Positions 11,237 through 20,222 of a DNA stretch of 64,000 bases are shown here, piece by piece. The notes under the pieces were generated by a model. It did not search any database, had not been told where the DNA came from, and saw only the letters and a program-made list of their open reading frames with translations. Source of the stretch: Candidatus Eiseniibacteriota bacterium (GTDB lineage: Bacteria; Eisenbacteria; RBG-16-71-46; CAVPCR01); the NCBI GenBank assembly GCA_963823555.1, contig CAWGMA010000001.1, positions 1 to 64,000 of the forward strand, read 5' to 3'. Every line of letters starts with the position of its first letter. Position 1 is the first letter of the stretch. The position numbers and the translations under genes were made by a program.

Positions 11237-12325
11237 CTAGTAGTGGATCTGCGGCGGAATCTGCGCCTTCGGATCCTGGAAAGATTGATCGACGGGTGTT
11301 CCCTTGTTGGGATCGAAGGCCACGATGCGATTGGTGTTGTTGTAGAGGTTGTACTCCATGGCCACGCGCCCGGTCGCGACATTGATGAACTGCCAGCCGG
11401 TCGCATCGCGCTCGAAGAAGGGATCGGCGCGGTTCATGGGCACGGTCAGCTTCGGCAGGTGGGTCTCGGCCTGGGCGTAGCTCTGCGGGTACGGCCAGGG
11501 CCAGGCCGTGGCCATCACCGAGTTGAAGCTCAAGTTCCCGATCTGGTTGTACTGGATCTGATGCACGTGTCCGTAGATCACGTTCACCTTGTTGAAGGGC
11601 TTGAGCAGGGCCTGCACCTCGTCGGCATCCTCGGTCCAGAAATTCCATCCCTTGTAGATCTTCTGGATCGGCGAATGCGAGAACACGACGACGGGCGTCG
11701 ACTTGTCGACCTTGGCGAGGTCGTCCGCGAGCCACTGCCGCTGCTTCTCCCCAACCATGAACGGGGAGCCGTTCGGGTTGTCGAGACCCGCCATCTCCAG
11801 CATGCGCTGCTCGGGAGTGGGCCAGCGATTGAAGGTCCAGTCGTCGTACGTAATGACCGAGTTGAGGACCACGAAGTGCACGCCCTTGTGATCGAAGCTG
11901 TAGTAATGCGGGCCGAACAGCTTCGACCAGTGCTCACCGAGGTCGAGGTAGTAGTCATGCTCGCCCATCACGCAGTGGAGCTTGTAGTTGAGCTTGGACA
12001 GCATCTCCGCTCCATGGTCCAGCTCGGACTTCTTGCCGAGCTGCCCCAGGTCGCCACCGAACATCACGAAGTCGGGCTTGGGCGTGAGCAGATTGGTCTC
12101 TGCCACCGCCCGGATCAGGCCGCGGTCCCAGTTGCGGACGAACCGCCCGCCACCGATCTCCTGGATATGGGCGTCGGAGATGTAGGCGAACGTGAAGTTC
12201 TGGCTCTTGTCGGCAAAGGCGAGCTCGACCAGGCTCACGGGAAGGGCCGATACGGCGGCCAGAGCGCCCGCGGTCTTCATGAAATCGCGCCGGCTCAGTT
12301 TGCTTCCGGTATCGCGCATCTTCAT
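11237..12325 (-). CDS. Tat-exported calcineurin-like metallophosphoesterase
   Basis: Tat motif LSRRDFMK; phosphoesterase motifs SDAH, GGDL, GEHD (variant of GNHD), FSHSP, GHVH. Confidence 0.9.
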   Translation of the reverse strand: MKMRDTGSKLSRRDFMKTAGALAAVSALPVSLVELAFADKSQNFTFAYISDAHIQEIGGGRFVRNWDRGLIRAVAETNLLTPKPDFVMFGGDLGQLGKKSELDHGAEMLSKLNYKLHCVMGEHDYYLDLGEHWSKLFGPHYYSFDHKGVHFVVLNSVITYDDWTFNRWPTPEQRMLEMAGLDNPNGSPFMVGEKQRQWLADDLAKVDKSTPVVVFSHSPIQKIYKGWNFWTEDADEVQALLKPFNKVNVIYGHVHQIQYNQIGNLSFNSVMATAWPWPYPQSYAQAETHLPKLTVPMNRADPFFERDATGWQFINVATGRVAMEYNLYNNTNRIVAFDPNKGTPVDQSFQDPKAQIPPQIHY

Positions 12326-12355
12326 TTCTCCTCTCGTTGGCGCGTGCGGCCGCCG

Positions 12356-13477
12356 CTAGCGGCTGAACTCCGGGCTCGTCAACGCTTCCATGAACGCCAC
12401 CAGATCTTTGATCTGATCCGGATCGAGATCGAGGGGGCGAATCCCTCCGCTCAGGAAGTCGTTGACCGGGTCGGTGGGATTGGTCACCCCACCGTTGTTG
12501 TAGTGCTCCATCACTTCCTCGAGCGTCTTCAGGCTGCCATCGTGCATGTAGGGAGCCGTGACGGCGACATTGCGCAGGGTCGGGGTCTTGAAGGCGCCGA
12601 CGTCATCGAAACCGCGGCTGATGGCGAAGCGGCCGAGCTCCGAGGTGCGCTTGTCGGTGAGCACCTTCTTGTCGACCTCGCTGGCCGTGGCCTTGGCCTC
12701 GAGGAACTCCCCGGCGAGCTCGGGCACCTCGTTCTGGATGCGGTTGATGCCGACCCCGATGTTGTGGAAGCGACTGTCGGTGAAGATCGCCTGCGTCTGC
12801 TCGATGGCGTGACAGGAGACGCAACGGCCATCGCCGACGAAGACCTCGAAGCCGCGCTTCTGGGCGTCCGTCATGGCGTTCTCCTCGCCGCCGAAATACC
12901 AGCGATCGAAGGGGGATCCGCCCGAGATCTGCTTGCGCTCGAAGGCGGCGATGGCCTTCGTGATCTCGTCCATGGTGATGGCGTCACCGCTCTTCCCGAA
13001 GACCTGCTGGAAGGCCTTCTGGTACTCGGGATCGGTGCGCACGATCTCGAGGATCGGGTCGTGGGTCTCGAGACCCATCTCGACGGGATTGAGGAAGGGG
13101 TGGAGCGCCTGGTCCTCGAGGCTCGGCGATCGCCCATCCCAGAACTGCGACTCCATGTAGGCCGCGTTCAGTACCGTCGGTGCATTGCGCGTGCCGGTGA
13201 GCTTCTTGATTCCCTCCGAAACCTGGAGGGGGCTGTCGGTGAACGCCTTCTCGATGGCGTGACATGTCGAGCAGCTCACCTCGCCGGTGGTGCTGAAGCG
13301 AGCGTCGTGGAAGAGCTTTTCCCCGAGCGCGATCTTCTCGGGGGTCTGCGGGTTATCCGCCGGCACCGGGAGCGGCGGCAGCCCGAGCGGAACCTCTGCC
13401 GCCTCCTCGCCGCCGCCAGTGGCGGCGACGCCAAGCGCCGAGAGGGTCACCAGAGCCAGGGCGAGATAGATCTTCAT
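12356..13477 (-). CDS. Di-heme bCCP/MauG-superfamily protein, MauG-type (Tyr at the distal ligand position)
   Basis: Signal peptide; LGEKLFHDARFS..SCSTCH; RNAPTVLN; FWDGR; NPVEMG; CVSCH; FKTPTLRNVAVTAPYMHDG..LEEVMEHY. Confidence 0.92.
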   Translation of the reverse strand: MKIYLALALVTLSALGVAATGGGEEAAEVPLGLPPLPVPADNPQTPEKIALGEKLFHDARFSTTGEVSCSTCHAIEKAFTDSPLQVSEGIKKLTGTRNAPTVLNAAYMESQFWDGRSPSLEDQALHPFLNPVEMGLETHDPILEIVRTDPEYQKAFQQVFGKSGDAITMDEITKAIAAFERKQISGGSPFDRWYFGGEENAMTDAQKRGFEVFVGDGRCVSCHAIEQTQAIFTDSRFHNIGVGINRIQNEVPELAGEFLEAKATASEVDKKVLTDKRTSELGRFAISRGFDDVGAFKTPTLRNVAVTAPYMHDGSLKTLEEVMEHYNNGGVTNPTDPVNDFLSGGIRPLDLDPDQIKDLVAFMEALTSPEFSR

Positions 13478-13926
13478 GGTCTCCTTTCCTCCTCGCGGCA
13501 GTCGTGGCAGATGCCGCGGAGTTGAACGCTGAAATCGACGGTCCGAAAGCCCCAGGTTGAGGTGTCGGGGATGGACAGGGCGTTCAGCCGGTCGTCATGA
13601 AAGTCGCGAATGCGGTCGCAGCGCAGACAGACGAGATGGTGGTGGATCTCGGTGCGGCCGTCGTAACGCACGCCGCGGCCGGGATGGCTGGCCTTGGTGA
13701 TGAGGCCAAGGCGGACGAGGATCTCGAGGGTGCGATAGACGGTGGCCCGCGAGATGCCCGGCAGGCGCCGGGCGACATCGGCGAAGACCTGGTCGGAGGT
13801 GGGATGGTCGTCGCGATCGAGGACCGTCTCGAGAATCAGGCGGCGCTGGATCGTCATGGGAAGACCCATCTCGCGGCAGCCGTGGGCGAACCGCTCGAGT
13901 CGATCCTGTCTCGCGTTCCGATCCAT
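13474..13926 (-). CDS. Fur-family (PerR-like) transcriptional regulator
   Basis: TIQRRLIL, DHPTSDQV, ISRATVYRTL, RYD...HHHLVCLRC, GICHDC; ATGA overlap with the di-heme gene. Confidence 0.92.
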   Translation of the reverse strand: MDRNARQDRLERFAHGCREMGLPMTIQRRLILETVLDRDDHPTSDQVFADVARRLPGISRATVYRTLEILVRLGLITKASHPGRGVRYDGRTEIHHHLVCLRCDRIRDFHDDRLNALSIPDTSTWGFRTVDFSVQLRGICHDCREEERRP

Positions 13927-13949
13927 GCCGATCCCCTGGGGAGACGCGG

Positions 13950-13966
13950 TTGCGACAATATCTCAT
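13950..13966. promoter_or_regulatory. Candidate Fur-family operator (autoregulatory)
   Basis: ATGAGA-TATTG-TCGCAA on the minus strand, about 24 bp upstream of the regulator ATG; same 6-5-6 form as the site at 46331-46347. Confidence 0.45.
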
Positions 13967-14017
13967 CCGCGGGGGGGAATCAACCCGGGGGCCGGCTGGG
14001 GGGATGTCGGAGACGGA

Positions 14018-14581
14018 CTACCGGATCTCGCTCACGACGGTCTGGAAGGGAATGCGGGGCGGGTCGGGCAGGGGATGGGGGACGGCCGGGGTCCGGGCCT
14101 CGACGACCAGCGAGGCCGGAGCGCTGGCCGCGTCCGCCGGAGCCGAGGGGGCGACCGGGATCTGTACTGTTTGCCGGCCGGCCCAGAAGCCGGTCAGGAA
14201 GAGAACCAGAAGCAGCGCGGTGGCCGCCAGAGCGGGGACGAGGCTCGCGCCGAAGCGCCGGAAGCGGGAACCCACAGCCCCTGATGGGCGGCGGTCGTCA
14301 GCATGCGCCACTTCGTGATGCGAGGCGATCGCCGGTTGCCTCGCCGCGTGGAGCGCCGCCTGCTCAGCCATGAGATCGACGAGGATGCGCGCCGGCGCCT
14401 CGGAGCTCCGGCTCTCGCGGAACTGGCGTATCGCGCGGGCGAGGGTCCTCACCACTTCCGCGCAGCGGGGACACGCTTCGAGGTGCTCCTCGATCTCGAC
14501 GCGCTCTTCCCCTTCGAGTCCTTCCATCTCATCGAGTGCGCGGGCGATCAGGAGATCGTCGGCTGGATGTCGATCGTTCAT
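14018..14581 (-). CDS. Zinc-finger (HxxxCxxC) membrane anti-sigma factor
   Basis: EEHLEACPRC; one TM segment (ALLLVLFLTGFWAG); coupled to the sigma gene by an ATGA overlap. Confidence 0.85.
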   Translation of the reverse strand: MNDRHPADDLLIARALDEMEGLEGEERVEIEEHLEACPRCAEVVRTLARAIRQFRESRSSEAPARILVDLMAEQAALHAARQPAIASHHEVAHADDRRPSGAVGSRFRRFGASLVPALAATALLLVLFLTGFWAGRQTVQIPVAPSAPADAASAPASLVVEARTPAVPHPLPDPPRIPFQTVVSEIR

Positions 14582-15204
14582 CTCGGTTCGACCTTTCCCG
14601 GAGGTCTGACGCCTCCCGGTGGATTCGTTCCTTCCGACCTCGACGGCGGGGCCCCGAAACCAGCGCGGGTGAGCGCCTGGCGGATGCGTTTCAGGCTGTG
14701 GTGAACCCGCGAGCGCAGGGTGCCCTCGGGTTCGTCGCAGATCACGGCCATCTCCCTGTAAGAGAAGCCCTCGCTTACTCGCAGGTGGAATGCCATGGCG
14801 TAGGACGGTGGCAGGTCGGTGAGCGCCGAGTCGATGAGCGCCACGATCTCCTGCCGGGCCAGTTCCTCGACCGGATCGATGCGGTGTCGTGCGGCGAGCG
14901 CTTCGGCCACCACGGCCGCCAGTTCCCCGCGCCGTTTCCTTTGCTTCAGACGATCCAGAGCGAGATGGGTGGCGACCGTGTAGAGCCAGGCGCGGAACCG
15001 TCCCTGTCCCTCGTAGTGCCCCTGACCCGCGAAGATCCGCAAGAAGACTTCGTGCAGGACGTCCTCGGCATCGGATCGCTCACCGAGGACGCGGCTCAGG
15101 TAGCCGAGGAGACCCGGAGCGAAGCGCTGATAGAGGATCGCCAGCGCCCGGGGGTCTCCGTGGCGACTCCTTGCGGCGAGAAGGTCATCGTCTTCTAGAG
15201 CCAC
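14578..15204 (-). CDS. ECF sigma-70 factor
   Basis: Probable GTG start at 15204; DAEDVLHEVF, FRAWLYTVATH, region 4 FHLRVSEGFSYREMA...GTLRSRVH. Confidence 0.92.
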   Translation of the reverse strand: MALEDDDLLAARSRHGDPRALAILYQRFAPGLLGYLSRVLGERSDAEDVLHEVFLRIFAGQGHYEGQGRFRAWLYTVATHLALDRLKQRKRRGELAAVVAEALAARHRIDPVEELARQEIVALIDSALTDLPPSYAMAFHLRVSEGFSYREMAVICDEPEGTLRSRVHHSLKRIRQALTRAGFGAPPSRSEGTNPPGGVRPPGKVEPR

Positions 15205-16514
15205 GGATCCATCTCCCGGCTCTCGGGGTCGAGCTCCTTCCAGTACCGCGCCAGCTGCTTGACCGTCCCTTGATCGTCGTGAAAGTCGAGGATCTCGATC
15301 GCCGACCGGAGAGCAAAGGCGACCTGGGCGCGGTCGCCACGCTCGCCGGCATCGGTCGCCAGGACGCGCAGGACGGCCGGGTAGTTCTTCATGATATGCC
15401 GCACGGCCGAGTCCGGCGACCACGGATAGGCGAGATCCGTCGCGCTTTCGAGCCGGAATCCCTCTCGGAAGAGCTCGGAGGTCCGCGCGGCATCGATACC
15501 CGGCTCCTCATCGTCTCCACGCTTGGGCTCCTTCTCGACCCGGAACAGGATGCCCTCGATCTCCAGGTGGCGATCACACGCCTCGAGGTGCTGGGGGGCG
15601 ACGGTGATCGCCAGGTAGACCGGTTTGGTCCAGCGCCCATCCCGCACCTTCTCGAGCAGAGCTTTCATCACCACGGTCGAGAAGGGTGTGAAGGGCTCCC
15701 GGGACGCCTTCATGTCCCGCTGCCAGCGTTCATGAAGATCCCTGATCTCCGCCTTGGTGAAGGGCCCCTTCGCGCCCAATGCGTCGTCCCAGACGTCGAG
15801 GCCGTACTCGATCTTCTGCAGCAAGGATAGATTGACGATCGCGACGTCGGGGCGCATGCCTTGAACGGCCTGCAGCGCCAAGGGTGGGTAGGTGTCGTTG
15901 TCGCCATTGGTGAAGATGACGGCTCCGGGTTCGGCGCTCGACAGCGTGTTGTAGCCATAGTCGAGGAGCGGGGAGGGAATGCCGCCCTTGGCGATGAGAG
16001 ACCGGAGGTGCTCCTTGGCCTCGTCGTGACGGCCGAGGATCGTGCATATCGACCAGAGCGTGAAATGAGGCTCCGGCCAGTCCGGAGCGAGAGCCACGGC
16101 GCGCAAGCCGCGTTCGCGCCCTTCCTCCAGGGATGCGGTCATGGGCTTGCTGCTGAAGAGAGCCGTCTGGCAGATCGCGTCGAGCGCTTCCGGGCAATTG
16201 GGGTCGGTCTCGAAGGCTCTCCGGATCAGTTCCTGCTGTTCCTCGATGGGCGCTCCGGCGTAGCGGAGCGCTCGCGCGAGCTGGACGTCGGCCATGGCCG
16301 ACTCCGGGTGCCGCTTCAGGTAGTCTCGCCATTCGTTCGCGAGCTTCTCGTAGCTCGCCTTCTCGAGGATGGTCACCCGCCACGACAGGATCTCGGGCGG
16401 CATGTCGGCGGTCCAGGACGGCGAGCTGGCAACGGCGCTCCCGGGCCAGGTGACCAGGAGCCCAAGGAGTGCCAGGGTAGCCCCCGTCAGGCCAACTGGG
16501 CGATGGGTATTCAT
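15195..16514 (-). CDS. Secreted TPR protein with a DUF2723/TMEM260-like C-terminal soluble domain
   Basis: Signal peptide; TPR-like helices (RAFETDPNCPEA, RAVALAPDWPEPH); AVIFTNGDNDTYP...RPDVAIVNLSLL motif. Confidence 0.7.
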   Translation of the reverse strand: MNTHRPVGLTGATLALLGLLVTWPGSAVASSPSWTADMPPEILSWRVTILEKASYEKLANEWRDYLKRHPESAMADVQLARALRYAGAPIEEQQELIRRAFETDPNCPEALDAICQTALFSSKPMTASLEEGRERGLRAVALAPDWPEPHFTLWSICTILGRHDEAKEHLRSLIAKGGIPSPLLDYGYNTLSSAEPGAVIFTNGDNDTYPPLALQAVQGMRPDVAIVNLSLLQKIEYGLDVWDDALGAKGPFTKAEIRDLHERWQRDMKASREPFTPFSTVVMKALLEKVRDGRWTKPVYLAITVAPQHLEACDRHLEIEGILFRVEKEPKRGDDEEPGIDAARTSELFREGFRLESATDLAYPWSPDSAVRHIMKNYPAVLRVLATDAGERGDRAQVAFALRSAIEILDFHDDQGTVKQLARYWKELDPESREMDPWL

Positions 16515-16720
16515 ATGCGGCTCCCTCGCGGTCAAAGACGAGATTGTCTCTGCCACCCTTCACAACGATTGGCCAGGCCGAGTCGTTGACCTCGCCGCAT
16601 CGACCCTCGCAGTTACCCTGCAATGAGAATTGCAGATCTGCCGCATTGACGCCCGCCTCCGCAGGCGAGGAGACTGGCATGGGATGCCGACCATGAATCC
16701 TCGACACGGAGGTTGCGGAG

Positions 16721-19700
16721 ATGCGACACGTCATCGGTAGCGGCCTCGGTGGCTCATGGTCCATCCGGAGGCGCGTGAGCCCCCGGGCGGTCACGGAAAT
16801 CGCGACGATCATCGCACTTGCCCTTACAGTCGCGCTTCCGGCTGGAGTCACTGCTGCCAACAGGGACCTGTGGGTCCGTTCCATCGCCTACGCCAAGAAT
16901 TCCGCGGACACGACCAAGCTCGACATCACGATCGAGGTCGAGCGCCAGGGGACCTTGCCGATTGCCGGCGCCCTCCTGACGCTCAAGAAGAACAGCACGC
17001 TCCTGCGCACGTTCACTCTTCCCGATCCCATTGTCGGGTCCTTCACTCACTCAGCGGTGACGATCCAGGCCAACGATGCGATTGAAGTGGCCGTGGATCC
17101 CGGCAACCTGTTTCAGGAGCTCAACGAACTCAACAACAAGCTGACATGGACCTTCCCGAGCAACTGGTCGCTTGCCAGCCTGCAGGAACCGTTCCCGGAG
17201 GAGATCACGATCAGCGAACCGGAAGATCTCACGCTCAGGGCAACGGGGATGGTCAAGGTGGAGCGTACGGGGTTCTTTCCCTGGGCTCTGTTGCTCATCC
17301 CGCCATTCAACTGGTGGCAGGCCCAGCACGACGGCACCATGGAGACCGAGCTCCAGCAATCGAACATCTACTACACGGAGGACGAACACTCGGCGGGGGT
17401 GTCGGCTGCGCTTGCGGTGGAGGCTGGCTTCGCAATCGAGGGCTTCGGCGCCTCTGTCGGGGTCGAGCTCGAAGCGGCGATGGCCACCGCCCTTGGGCGC
17501 ACGATCACGCAGACTTATTCCGAGAGCTTCTCGGCTGCCACTTCCAATACCTATATTCCATCTGGCGATCACACCGTCGTCCTCTCGCAGACTCGATATG
17601 ACGTCATGGAATACGTCGTGATCACGAGCGGATCCTACTGGGGCCATAAGATGTGGATCGGGGTCCCGCAGGTTTCCGATGTCGATCCCAATCCCGAGCT
17701 CACGGCCGAGCTGCTGGCTGTTTATCCCGATCTCAAGGACCCGCAGGCCGTCGATCTCGACGGCCACCACCAGATCGGAAAGATCAATACCTACGTGAAC
17801 AACTCGACCACGATCGAGAGCAGCGCCTATCATCTCGATACGGTCACCAGCTGGAGCAAGAGCGTTCTCGCCGAACAGCAGCAGACCATCGGGACCGTGG
17901 CGACCGACTGGGCCATCTCCATCGAGAAAGGTACATATCAGACGGATTCCCAGTCGTTCCGCTGTAATCTCTTCGCCAAGAGCGAGCTGGGGGGCAGCAG
18001 CGTGCAGGCTTCCTTCGGCTCCTCCGAGGGCCGGTCGCACAAGGTCTACCAGGGGAAGAAGCACGAGTACCACTTCCATATCGCGCCGGTGATCCAGTCG
18101 AAGAACCGCTACAAGGTCGGCGGCTGGGCGGCGAACTACACGTTCACGCATGGGGTTCAGCAGCGAAGGGATGGTCTGCTGGTCCTCTGCTACTACGTCA
18201 ACGAGCCACCGGGCGACAACACCTCGCCCGTCCGTGAGATCCTGATCGGGGGTTCCTGGGACGACTACACCAACAACTGGGACGTGTCGATCGCCGGTTG
18301 GCCCGGCAGTGTCAACCTGGCCGGCCCGATCCTCGACGGGCTGACCGTGAACATCAACTCTCCGGTCGTCCACCTGCTCAACGACTTCTATCAGTCACTC
18401 CTGGATCTCCTGAATGGCGAGATCGTCTGGGCCACTTCTCTGGAGCCACCGCCAGATGAGCTCGACAGCTTCCTCAGCCTCGCCACGCTGGCGCGGGATG
18501 AGGTCGAGAACATCGTCCTCAACGATCCGGAGAATCCAGACTGGATCCCCAGTGTTCTGGCCATGGTCGACAACGTGCACGAGATGGCGAACCGCACCTT
18601 CACGGCGCGCCAGTGCCGGATCGATCCCGAGATCCCGCGCGCCGGCGAGCCGGTGATGTTCTTCTACAATCCGGTGCGAGGCACGCTGCCGCCGGGAGGA
18701 CAGGTCTCTGTGCGCCTGGGATTCGACGGCTGGCAGGGCGGGTATGTCGACCATCCGATGGTCATCGATGAGGAGAGCGGCATGTGGCAGAGCGAGCCCG
18801 TGCCCGTGCCGCCCGCTGCGACGGTCATGAACTACGTGTTCGCGGACAACCTGGGTCACGTCGACGACCGCTCGGGAATCGAGTGGCATGCCGAGGTGGC
18901 GGGTATGGTGCGCACGCATCGTAGCGGCAACATCGATGCATCGTTCACCGCCGAGGGCATGCTCGGGTTCACCGACGATGCCCACACGCAGGGCGATGGG
19001 TTCTGCTATCCCGCCGGCAGCACCAATCTCCTCTACCTGGGCGGCCTCTGGGTCGGCAACGAGGAGTTCGTGGCCAACCGCGACTATGCGGCGGATCCCG
19101 ATGCCGACTGGGCGGTCAGCAGCACGATTCCCGGCGGTATCGTGCGCGATGAGTGTCTCGGCGCGCATCTCACGTACGCCGCCTACACCGATTCCGCGGC
19201 GGTGAGCCCGCGCGGGCTACGCATCGAGCAGGGAGCGGTGACCCAGGCCAGCGATCCCGACGACGATTTCGTCATCGTGACCTACAACCTCCACAACGAT
19301 GGCGACGCGGCGTTCGAGGATCTGTGGGTGGGGCAATTCGCCGACTTCGATGTCAGTGCCTCATCACTGGAGGACCGGGGCGGCACCAACGCCGACCTGG
19401 CGCTGGCCTACATGTACCAGGACCAGGGTACGCCCTACGTGGGCGTGAGTCTCCTCGACCGGCACGCCACGGCCAACCTCACGCTCATTCACAACCCGAC
19501 CTACGTCTGGCCGTTGCACTACGTGCCGGATGCCGAGAAGTCGCTCTTCCTGCGCGCAGCCGATCCGGCGCATTCGGTACCGACCGCGACCGAGGTGTCG
19601 GACTGGAGCCTGCTCGTCTCCGCGGGCCCCTACAATGTGCCCTCCGGCGGCAACGTGGCGGTGACGTTCGCGATCCTGGGCGGGGATGATCTCGCCGATC

Positions 19701-20071
19701 TCGAGGCGAATGCCGATCGGGCGCGGGTCTGGCTCCTGCCCGGTTCCAGCCCGACGGGTCTCGGCGATCAGGGCGCGGGCGACCTGGCGACCGTTCCCGT
19801 TCTCTACCAGAATGCTCCGAACCCGTTCAACCCGCTCACCTGGATCGGATTCGATCTGCCGGAGCCGGGCCATGTGACGCTTCGCATCTACGACGTGAAC
19901 GGGCGCGCGGTGCGGACGCTGATCGACGGGGTGTGCCGTAGCGGGCGCACCACGCTCACGTGGGACGGGCGGAACGAGGCCGGGGACCCCGTGGGATCGG
20001 GCGTCTACCTTTACCGGCTCGATGCCGGACGGAAGACGGTGGATACGCGCAAGATGACGATCCTGCGCTGA
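16721..20071 (+). CDS. Large secreted multidomain protein (CARDB-like, beta-hairpin-rich core, CBM53-like, FlgD-Ig)
   Basis: 1116-aa ORF (alternative GTG at 16775); VDPGNLFQELNELNN (CARDB-like); GEPVMFFYNP..LGFDGW..MNYVFAD..DDRSGIEW (CBM53/25-like); QNAPNPFNP..WDGRNEAG. Confidence 0.8.
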   Translation: MRHVIGSGLGGSWSIRRRVSPRAVTEIATIIALALTVALPAGVTAANRDLWVRSIAYAKNSADTTKLDITIEVERQGTLPIAGALLTLKKNSTLLRTFTLPDPIVGSFTHSAVTIQANDAIEVAVDPGNLFQELNELNNKLTWTFPSNWSLASLQEPFPEEITISEPEDLTLRATGMVKVERTGFFPWALLLIPPFNWWQAQHDGTMETELQQSNIYYTEDEHSAGVSAALAVEAGFAIEGFGASVGVELEAAMATALGRTITQTYSESFSAATSNTYIPSGDHTVVLSQTRYDVMEYVVITSGSYWGHKMWIGVPQVSDVDPNPELTAELLAVYPDLKDPQAVDLDGHHQIGKINTYVNNSTTIESSAYHLDTVTSWSKSVLAEQQQTIGTVATDWAISIEKGTYQTDSQSFRCNLFAKSELGGSSVQASFGSSEGRSHKVYQGKKHEYHFHIAPVIQSKNRYKVGGWAANYTFTHGVQQRRDGLLVLCYYVNEPPGDNTSPVREILIGGSWDDYTNNWDVSIAGWPGSVNLAGPILDGLTVNINSPVVHLLNDFYQSLLDLLNGEIVWATSLEPPPDELDSFLSLATLARDEVENIVLNDPENPDWIPSVLAMVDNVHEMANRTFTARQCRIDPEIPRAGEPVMFFYNPVRGTLPPGGQVSVRLGFDGWQGGYVDHPMVIDEESGMWQSEPVPVPPAATVMNYVFADNLGHVDDRSGIEWHAEVAGMVRTHRSGNIDASFTAEGMLGFTDDAHTQGDGFCYPAGSTNLLYLGGLWVGNEEFVANRDYAADPDADWAVSSTIPGGIVRDECLGAHLTYAAYTDSAAVSPRGLRIEQGAVTQASDPDDDFVIVTYNLHNDGDAAFEDLWVGQFADFDVSASSLEDRGGTNADLALAYMYQDQGTPYVGVSLLDRHATANLTLIHNPTYVWPLHYVPDAEKSLFLRAADPAHSVPTATEVSDWSLLVSAGPYNVPSGGNVAVTFAILGGDDLADLEANADRARVWLLPGSSPTGLGDQGAGDLATVPVLYQNAPNPFNPLTWIGFDLPEPGHVTLRIYDVNGRAVRTLIDGVCRSGRTTLTWDGRNEAGDPVGSGVYLYRLDAGRKTVDTRKMTILR

Positions 20072-20135
20072 TAGGGGACGAACGCATTCAACACCGTCCA
20101 GGTCGGGACGGAGGGTGGGGATGAGGATAGAAGAA

Positions 20136-20165
20136 GGCCCTCCCGCGCCAGAGCGCGGGAGGGCC
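20136..20165. terminator. Bidirectional intrinsic terminator
   Basis: 13-bp stem GGCCCTCCCGCGC-CAGA-GCGCGGGAGGGCC between convergent genes, flanked by AAGAA and ATGTTTT. Confidence 0.75.
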
Positions 20166-20222
20166 CATGTTTTCCTCTGGTCTCGCCGGCGGATCAGAAG
20201 ATCTGCCGGTGAGGACCTTCGG

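Noticed and set aside
12356..13477. Canonical cytochrome c peroxidase, or mauG itself
   Set aside because: The Tyr at the ligand position argues against a canonical peroxidase, and no mau or mbn genes are nearby, so I assigned no symbol.
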